Below, piece after piece: positions 57,821-64,000 of a DNA stretch of 64,000 bases (the first letter of the stretch is position 1; the number at the start of each line of letters is the position of its first letter). Position numbers and translations under genes: made by a program. The stretch spans positions 7,273-71,272 of the forward strand of contig CAZIKE010000002.1 in assembly GCA_964539775.1 (NCBI GenBank), given 5' to 3'. This DNA comes from an uncultured Chitinophagales bacterium. Its GTDB lineage: Bacteria > Bacteroidota > Ignavibacteria > UBA10030 > UBA6906. Under the pieces are notes generated by a model that was given only the letters and a program-made list of their open reading frames with translations, did no database searches and had not been told where the DNA came from.

Positions 57821-59542
57821 GTGACCAAGGCATATCCGGTTGTTGTCCTATTCATGACGCTCATCGGTGTGGCGGGATGTTCGGGAGGGAAGGAGACGAC
57901 CGTGCCGCCTGCTCCTGCGGCGGAATGGTCGGAGCCACCGCGCACTGCAGCGCACGAGATCGCGACACAGCATGTGATCAACGGCTCGCTCTATGAGATG
58001 AAGGGGGAATATGCGCAGGCGGTATTGGAGTTTCAGGATGCATTGCGCTATGAGAAAAGTGCCGGCATCTATTTCGCCCTCGCCAAGAACTACGCAGCCC
58101 TGAACAAACATGCGCTCGCCATCGAGCATGCGCGCAATGCCGTGCGTCTGGACCCGGAGAATATCGAGTATCGCCAACTGCTTGCCGCCTCGTTTGTGCA
58201 GGTGTTTGAGTTGGATTCCGCAGCGGCGGTCTATCAGGAAATCGTCAGGCGCGATTCCGCGAACATCCAGTCGTGGTTCAATCTTGCGCGGCTGCAACAG
58301 GCACGCAACCCCCAGCAGGCGTTGGAGACCTACAACGAAATCACCCAGCGCTTCGGGCCGCAATGGGAAGTGTTGCTGCAGGTGGTGGAGTTGCACAACG
58401 CCTTGGGCGAGTTCGGCAAGGCCGCCGAGGCGATGAAACGGATGGCGGAGATGGATCCGGGGAATCTTGACCTGCTGCAGAACCTTGCGCGTGCCTATGT
58501 GCGCGCGGGCCAGACCGATGAAGCCCTGAAGGTGTACCTCGACTTACAGGAGCGCGATCCGGGAAATCTGGAATACGTCGCAGAACTGGGCGGCGTGTAT
58601 CTGGTGCAGAAGGAGTACGCGAAAGCCGACAAACAGTTCGAACGGGTTCTTTCCGTTGACTCGGTTGGTGTGGAGCTGAAACTGCGGATTGGCGAGATGT
58701 ATTTCAGCCAGGTGGAGAAAGACTCCTCGGTGGCGTCGCAAGCGCAGACCATCTTTGAGCGCATCAGCAAAGACCATCCGCAGGATTGGCGCGCCTACTG
58801 GTTCCTCGGCGCGCTCGGCGCCATCACTCGCAACGATTCTCTTTCTCTCATCAACTTCAAACGGGTAACCGAACTTGCCAGCTGGAACGCGGACGGCTGG
58901 GTGTACCTCTCCTCGGTGTTCCTCGAGAAGAACGATTTCGAATCGGTGGTGAAGGTGTTAGAGGTTGCCTTGCGGACACTGCCGGATGAGCCGCGCGTCA
59001 ATTCGATTCTCGGCATTGCGTATAGCCGGTTAGGGAGAACCGAGGACGCCATTCGCGTCCTGGAAAAGGCACACGCACTCGACCCGAAAGACTTGAACAC
59101 CATCTCGCAGCTTGCGCTGATCTACGATCAAATGAAAAAGTACGGGGAGTCGGATTCGCTGTACGAGAAGGGCTTGCGCCTCTCACCCGATAATCATCTT
59201 CTGCTCAACAATTACAGCTACAGCATGGCGGAACGCGGGATTCAACTCCAACGCTCGCTGGAGATGGCCAAGCGCGCCGTAGAGCAGCAGCCGGAAAACC
59301 AATCCTACCTCGACACGATCGGTTGGGTGTACTTCAAGTTGGGCAACTATACAGAGGCGGAGAAGTGGATCAAGAAAGCGATCGAGAAGGGGAACGCAAG
59401 CGCGGTGTTGTACGAACATCTCGGCGATGTGTATGCGCGCATGAACGACACGGAACGGGCGTTGGAACAATGGAACATTGCGCTGAAGCTCGATGCGAAC
59501 AACGCCGCGTTGAAGGAAAAAATCTCTCGCTCGGTGCGATGA
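57821..59542 (+). CDS. TPR-repeat lipoprotein
   Basis: GTG start gives VTKAYPVVVLFMTLIGVAGCS (lipobox VAGC). ~12 TPR repeats. AT-rich promoter-like tract immediately upstream. Confidence 0.65.
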   Translation: MTKAYPVVVLFMTLIGVAGCSGGKETTVPPAPAAEWSEPPRTAAHEIATQHVINGSLYEMKGEYAQAVLEFQDALRYEKSAGIYFALAKNYAALNKHALAIEHARNAVRLDPENIEYRQLLAASFVQVFELDSAAAVYQEIVRRDSANIQSWFNLARLQQARNPQQALETYNEITQRFGPQWEVLLQVVELHNALGEFGKAAEAMKRMAEMDPGNLDLLQNLARAYVRAGQTDEALKVYLDLQERDPGNLEYVAELGGVYLVQKEYAKADKQFERVLSVDSVGVELKLRIGEMYFSQVEKDSSVASQAQTIFERISKDHPQDWRAYWFLGALGAITRNDSLSLINFKRVTELASWNADGWVYLSSVFLEKNDFESVVKVLEVALRTLPDEPRVNSILGIAYSRLGRTEDAIRVLEKAHALDPKDLNTISQLALIYDQMKKYGESDSLYEKGLRLSPDNHLLLNNYSYSMAERGIQLQRSLEMAKRAVEQQPENQSYLDTIGWVYFKLGNYTEAEKWIKKAIEKGNASAVLYEHLGDVYARMNDTERALEQWNIALKLDANNAALKEKISRSVR

Positions 59543-60315
59543 CTTCCCTGCGTGCAGTCCTTGCCGTTGCGGTTGCTGTCGTGTTCGTCTCCTGCGCGCC
59601 CAAGCGTGGCGCAGTGGTGCTGGATACGAAAGTGACCTCGGCCGAACTCCTGCGCTCGTTGGTAGAAGAAAATGGCCGCCGGATTTCCTCCGTTACGGGG
59701 AGCGGCATCCTCACGTTCGACAGTCCCGAACTTGCGGGAACCGCCGCGTTCGAATCCAATCTCAAGAAACCCGACTCGCTGTTGGTGACGCTGGAAGGTC
59801 CGTTCGGCATCGACGTCGGAACGTTCTTCCTCTGCAAAGACACCTACGTGGTGTACAACAGTTTTGACAACAGTGTGGTGACGGGAAACCCGAACAGCGC
59901 GCGCGTTCGTTCCGTCATTCCGTTCGATCTGACTTCCGAGCAGATCCTCAGCGCGTTCAGCGGTGTGTTTCCAGCACCCGCCAGCAGCGACGAGTTGCTC
60001 GACTATCGGGTTGATGACGAGCAGTTCGTTCTGACCTACCGGTGTGGTGCACACACATGCACGTACACGGTCGATCCGCGCTACCTGTTGGTGACACGCT
60101 ACGAGGTGCGCAACGAACGGGGCGAACTCCTCGTCCAGGCGAGTGCCTCATCGTTTATCGACCAACAGGGGATAGCCTCGGCGCGGCGCGTGCACATCGT
60201 GTTTCCTCGAGAACGTCGCCAGCTTTCTATTGCGTACAGCACGCTGCACCTCAATCCGGACGAAACCCGTTTCGATTTCACGATCCCTGAAAACGCGCGA
60301 CGGTTTGTCCGATGA
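59539..60315 (+). CDS. DUF4292-like (LolB-like fold) lipoprotein
   Basis: MTSLRAVLAVAVAVVFVSCA lipobox. Size and composition fit DUF4292. ATGA overlap with the upstream TPR gene. Confidence 0.4.
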   Translation: MTSLRAVLAVAVAVVFVSCAPKRGAVVLDTKVTSAELLRSLVEENGRRISSVTGSGILTFDSPELAGTAAFESNLKKPDSLLVTLEGPFGIDVGTFFLCKDTYVVYNSFDNSVVTGNPNSARVRSVIPFDLTSEQILSAFSGVFPAPASSDELLDYRVDDEQFVLTYRCGAHTCTYTVDPRYLLVTRYEVRNERGELLVQASASSFIDQQGIASARRVHIVFPRERRQLSIAYSTLHLNPDETRFDFTIPENARRFVR

Positions 60316-61520
60316 ACCCCATGCGACGCTGGCCGGCCCATATGGTGGCATGCTGTGTTTTCTCCTTCGTCGGATTGGCACTCAGCTCCGAACAGGAAGA
60401 GATCCGTACACGGCAGGCCGAGCTGCAGAACATTCGGCGGCAGATTCAGGAGTATGAACAGAAGATCAAGCAGCAGCAATCGAAAGAAACGGCAACGCTG
60501 GAGTTACTCGATGCATACGACCGGAAGGCCACTCTTCTGCGCAAGCTCATCAGCCGTTTGCGTGCGGAAGAGGAGCAATTACAGGATACGATCGCAAGAA
60601 CCCGCGCGCACCTGGCTCGGCTGGATGACCAGCTGAGCTTTTTGAAGAAGCATTACGCAAACTACGTTCGTTCGGCGTACAAGGCCGGAAAGGCGCACGA
60701 CCTTGAACTGCTGCTCTCCTCCAGCTCCATCAATCAGTTTTCCGTTCGTTCCTACTATCTCCGTCGCTTCACCGACCAGCGGAAACGCGACGCGGAGAAG
60801 ATCGGGCGCAAGCGTGATGAAATCGAGCAGGCGCAGTACCGCCTGCAACTCCAGCTTGCCGAGGAGCGCCGGTTGATTGCCGAAAAAGCCGAAGAGGAGG
60901 ACAGGCTGGCCGCGCTCGTTGCCGAACGCAAGGCAATTCTTGCCGACATCCGAAAGGACAAGCGGATGCTGCAACGAGAAATCGAGCGACAAAAGCAAGC
61001 CGCGAAGGATCTGGAGAATGTCATTGCGAGTCTGATTGAGGCAGAACGACTACGGAAGGAGAAACGCGACGCAGAACTGAAAGAACGAAAACTCCCGCAA
61101 CCTCCTCCGACCGTCGGGACGTTCGGCGCAAAGAAGGGGAAGCTGCGCTGGCCGGTCAGTGAAGGCGTTGTTGTTGCGAAGTTCGGCAACCAGGTTCACC
61201 CGCGGTTGAAGACCGTCACGGTGAATACCGGCATTGACATACAGGTGAAGGCGGGGTCGCCTGTCGTCAGCGTTGCCGAGGGAGAGGTTTCCATGATCCT
61301 CTGGTATCCTTCCTACGGCAATCTTCTTATCATCAACCATTACGACGGCTACCGGACCGTGTACACGCACTTGTCCGAGATCCTTGTTGCCGAAGGACAG
61401 AAAGTGAAGGAGGGCGAGCGCATCGGCACGAGCGGCGAGGCGATCGACGGGCCCCGCCTGCATTTCGAAGTGTGGAAGGATCGCGACAAGCAGAACCCGG
61501 AACACTGGCTCAGCCGATGA
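60312..61520 (+). CDS. M23 family peptidase with N-terminal coiled coil (EnvC-like murein hydrolase activator/LytM-domain protein)
   Basis: Long coiled coil (res 30-260). C-terminal LytM domain [12 protein letters not shown]...[17 protein letters not shown]. Confidence 0.8.
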   Translation: MNPMRRWPAHMVACCVFSFVGLALSSEQEEIRTRQAELQNIRRQIQEYEQKIKQQQSKETATLELLDAYDRKATLLRKLISRLRAEEEQLQDTIARTRAHLARLDDQLSFLKKHYANYVRSAYKAGKAHDLELLLSSSSINQFSVRSYYLRRFTDQRKRDAEKIGRKRDEIEQAQYRLQLQLAEERRLIAEKAEEEDRLAALVAERKAILADIRKDKRMLQREIERQKQAAKDLENVIASLIEAERLRKEKRDAELKERKLPQPPPTVGTFGAKKGKLRWPVSEGVVVAKFGNQVHPRLKTVTVNTGIDIQVKAGSPVVSVAEGEVSMILWYPSYGNLLIINHYDGYRTVYTHLSEILVAEGQKVKEGERIGTSGEAIDGPRLHFEVWKDRDKQNPEHWLSR

Positions 61521-64000
61521 AACGACTTCTCGTTCCTGCACTGCTGGCACTGACGGCAACACTCCTTGCGTTCATCCTTAGATCTCCGCTTTCTGTTCTC
61601 GAGCAAGGATTCACTGCATGGAAGTACTCGCTGCGCGGCGAGCAACGCGCCGACACGAACATCGTGCTTGTGTACATCGACAGCGACGCCATCCGCGAGT
61701 TCGGCTGGCCGCTGCGGCGCAACTTCCACGCATTGATGGTGAAGGCGCTCGCCGACATGCAGGCGAAGGTCATCGCCATCGACCTGCTGTTTGAGAACCC
61801 GAGCATCGAGTATCCGGAGTACGATCAACTGCTGCGTCACGTTGTAGCAAACGCACGGAATGTCGTCCTCGGCGGGACGTTCGGCAGGATAGGCACGGCC
61901 GCCGCCTCAACGACGGAAGCACGCATACCGTTTCGTTATCCCCAGGTTGCGGATGTGGAGACACGCGGTTCCGAATTCCACGCGCCGATGGCGCCTTTGT
62001 TCGATGCCGCTGCCGGCGTCGGTCATGTCAACATCCTCGACGATCTTCGCATTCCCCTCTTCATCGCAAGCGGCGACGAGATTGTGCCGTCCTTCGGGAT
62101 GGAGATACTGCGTGTATTTGCGGAAGTAGACCGCGCTGCCCTGCGCTACGAAGATGGCACACTCTCGTACAAACGAGCAGGAAAACTCATGCGCATACCG
62201 ACCGACGGCGGCGCGGTCAGGCTGCATTACCCGGGGCGCATCGCTTCGTTCAGTGCGTATCCGTTTCTGGAAGTGCTGCGCGCATACGACGCACTGCGCG
62301 CGGGCAAGACCCCGATGATTCCGCTGGAGCATTTCAAGGAGAAGATTGTTGTGGTGGGAGTGATCAGCGAAGAGCGGACGTTTGCCACGCCGGTCGACCC
62401 GCGGTACCCGGCGCTGGGACTGCATGCGGTGTTTCTCGACAACGCACTGCGTTCCGGCTTTCTTACCCCTGTTCCCTCGTGGCTTGTGTATCTCTTGTGC
62501 ATGGTCGTCGGCTTCGGCTGTGCAGCGCCATTGCTTCTGCTGCGCGCGCGGCTCCGGGTGCTCGTCCCGGCACTACTGCTGGCCGGTGCGGGTGCTTCCT
62601 CGTACGTCTTGTTCGCCACCTCATCGGTTCTTCTCCCCATCGCTCCTTGTGGTGTGGTGGGGTTGATGACGATTGGTGGGGCGCTTGCAGTGCGCCACCG
62701 GTTCGTTGCCAGGCAATTGGAGAAAGTGCAGTCAGAGAAGGAAAAGGTCATCGCCGAACTGCGCGACCGCGAGGCAAAGGTGATGGCGCTGGAACGCGAG
62801 CTGGTCTCGCTTGAAGCCAGAAAGCAGACCGACCGCACGCAGGAACTGATGGAGGAGATCCGACGCTACAAAGCCGAGATTCACACTCTCACCTCGAAGC
62901 GGGACGATATGGAGGAAGCGGTCGTTGCCGACGCCGAGGCGATTGCCGGCGCGCAGGAATTTGAAGGGATGGTGTATGACGGCAGCGGCATCATGCGTCG
63001 TGTCGTCGAGTTTGTCTCGAAGATTGCCGACAGCGACGCGACGGTACTCATCCTCGGCGAGAGTGGCACAGGCAAGGAGATGGTCGCACGCGCCATTCAC
63101 AAGCGGAGCCGGCGCACGGCGCATCCGTTCGTTGCCGTAAACTGCGGCGCCCTTTCGGAGAACCTGTTGGAAAGCGAGCTGTTCGGTCATGAGAAAGGTG
63201 CCTTCACTGGAGCAATCAAGGAGAAACAAGGGCGCTTCGAGCTTGCCGACGGCGGCACCATATTCCTCGACGAAATTGGTGAGGTGAGCGAGGCCTTTCA
63301 ACTGAAGCTGTTGCGTGTGCTGCAGGAAGGCGAATTTGAGCGCGTGGGCGGAACCCGGACGCTGAAGGTGAACGTGCGGGTGATTGCTGCGACGAACAAA
63401 GACCTGAAGCAGGTGGTGCAGGAGGGTCGCTTCCGCGAGGATCTCTTTTATCGGCTGAACGTTCTGACGATTGAGCTGCCGCCGCTGCGCGAACGTCCCG
63501 GCGACATCCCCCTGCTCATTCATCACTTCTTAAAGAAGGAGGGAGAGGAGCTTCGCATGTCGAGAAACGTGCTGGACGTTCTGCAGAACCACGTCTGGCG
63601 AGGCAACATCCGCGAACTGGAAAGCGTCATCAAGCGTGCAGCACTATTGGCGAAGGCCGATCGCCGCACGATGATTACGATGAAGGACTTGCCCGACGAA
63701 ATCGCCTCCACGGTGAAAGGCACCATCGCCATCGAGGATCAGATTCTTGAGTTGTTGCGAGAGAAGAAGTTCTCGCGCAGCGCGATCTCCGAAACGGCGG
63801 AAGAACTTGGGGGGCTTAACCGGGGAACTGTCGCCGAACACTTCCGTGGTTATTGTCTGAAGGCGTTTGTGGACCATACCTATGATCTCGACACAACGGC
63901 TCGCTACATCTCACTTTCCATCGATCCCGCGGTGCACGAACGAGTGAAAAAAAAGCTGATCGAGTATCTCTCCAACATCGCCGAGGTGGTGGACAAGTCC
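61517..64000 (+). CDS. Membrane-anchored CHASE2 sensor domain fused to sigma-54-dependent transcriptional activator (AAA+ with GAFTGA); 3'-partial (runs off window); ABSENT from the supplied ORF track
   Basis: Translated by hand. N-terminal signal/TM, CHASE2-like [46 protein letters not shown], three TM helices (~res 320-400), coiled coil, Walker [23 protein letters not shown]-finger region. ATGA overlap with the M23 gene. Confidence 0.8.
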   Translation, partial: MKRLLVPALLALTATLLAFILRSPLSVLEQGFTAWKYSLRGEQRADTNIVLVYIDSDAIREFGWPLRRNFHALMVKALADMQAKVIAIDLLFENPSIEYPEYDQLLRHVVANARNVVLGGTFGRIGTAAASTTEARIPFRYPQVADVETRGSEFHAPMAPLFDAAAGVGHVNILDDLRIPLFIASGDEIVPSFGMEILRVFAEVDRAALRYEDGTLSYKRAGKLMRIPTDGGAVRLHYPGRIASFSAYPFLEVLRAYDALRAGKTPMIPLEHFKEKIVVVGVISEERTFATPVDPRYPALGLHAVFLDNALRSGFLTPVPSWLVYLLCMVVGFGCAAPLLLLRARLRVLVPALLLAGAGASSYVLFATSSVLLPIAPCGVVGLMTIGGALAVRHRFVARQLEKVQSEKEKVIAELRDREAKVMALERELVSLEARKQTDRTQELMEEIRRYKAEIHTLTSKRDDMEEAVVADAEAIAGAQEFEGMVYDGSGIMRRVVEFVSKIADSDATVLILGESGTGKEMVARAIHKRSRRTAHPFVAVNCGALSENLLESELFGHEKGAFTGAIKEKQGRFELADGGTIFLDEIGEVSEAFQLKLLRVLQEGEFERVGGTRTLKVNVRVIAATNKDLKQVVQEGRFREDLFYRLNVLTIELPPLRERPGDIPLLIHHFLKKEGEELRMSRNVLDVLQNHVWRGNIRELESVIKRAALLAKADRRTMITMKDLPDEIASTVKGTIAIEDQILELLREKKFSRSAISETAEELGGLNRGTVAEHFRGYCLKAFVDHTYDLDTTARYISLSIDPAVHERVKKKLIEYLSNIAEVVDKS

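Noticed and set aside
61545-61562. Sigma54 promoter-like TGGCAC...GCAAC string
   Set aside because: The spacing/second element (GCAAC, not TTGCA) is wrong and it lies inside the coding sequence of the CHASE2 gene.
62732-63526. 264-aa minus-strand ORF
   Set aside because: Lies opposite the sigma54-activator AAA+ domain (Walker A, GAFTGA) of the unlisted CHASE2 gene on the plus strand.
1-64000. tRNA/rRNA genes, CRISPR repeats, IS elements/integrases
   Set aside because: Intergenic regions are short (mostly <400 nt). None shows cloverleaf-like tRNA features, direct repeat-spacer periodicity, terminal inverted repeats or transposase-like ORFs.

Overview
This 64 kb window is a high-GC (~60%) bacterial chromosomal segment packed with about 58 protein-coding genes. 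No rRNA, tRNA, CRISPR array, transposase or integrase was recognised. Two secreted enzymes at the 5' end carry type IX secretion (T9SS) C-terminal sorting domains, which points to a Bacteroidota/Ignavibacteriota/Rhodothermota-like lineage. Housekeeping genes are clear: thyA-folA (overlapping), nusB, leucine dehydrogenase, lpxH, PBP1A, queF, class I FBP aldolase, pterin-4a-carbinolamine dehydratase, two tandem cold-shock genes, DinB-family and LysE-family genes. Several denser modules deserve a second look:
- A co-directional, tightly packed minus-strand operon (33.3-40.9 kb): NeuB-like synthase, KdsC-like phosphatase, SDR, class III aminotransferase, split transketolase (N and C subunits), SpsF/NeuA-like cytidylyltransferase and a TagF/KpsS-like transferase. 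This is a candidate pathway for an unusual CMP-activated higher-carbon (ulosonic-type) sugar.
- A large signal-transduction island (43.7-56.8 kb): hybrid histidine kinase (HK), stand-alone receiver, two tandem PAS histidine kinases with near-identical transmitter modules, then a divergent NtrB-like HK, sigma54 response regulator, Ppx/GppA-HD, CHAD and SixA operon.
- A four-gene translationally coupled operon: TPR lipoprotein, DUF4292-like lipoprotein, EnvC-like M23 peptidase and a membrane-anchored CHASE2-sigma54 activator. The last gene runs off the window end and is absent from the supplied ORF track.
- A DUF2652-like/SRPBCC gene interrupted by an in-frame TAG, next to a STAS anti-sigma antagonist.
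- An orphan SAM-methyltransferase-like gene with a degenerate DPPS motif IV.
- A cytoplasmic C39-like papain-fold peptidase domain protein.
Many long ORFs in the supplied track are antisense shadows of real genes, typical of high-GC DNA, and were rejected.
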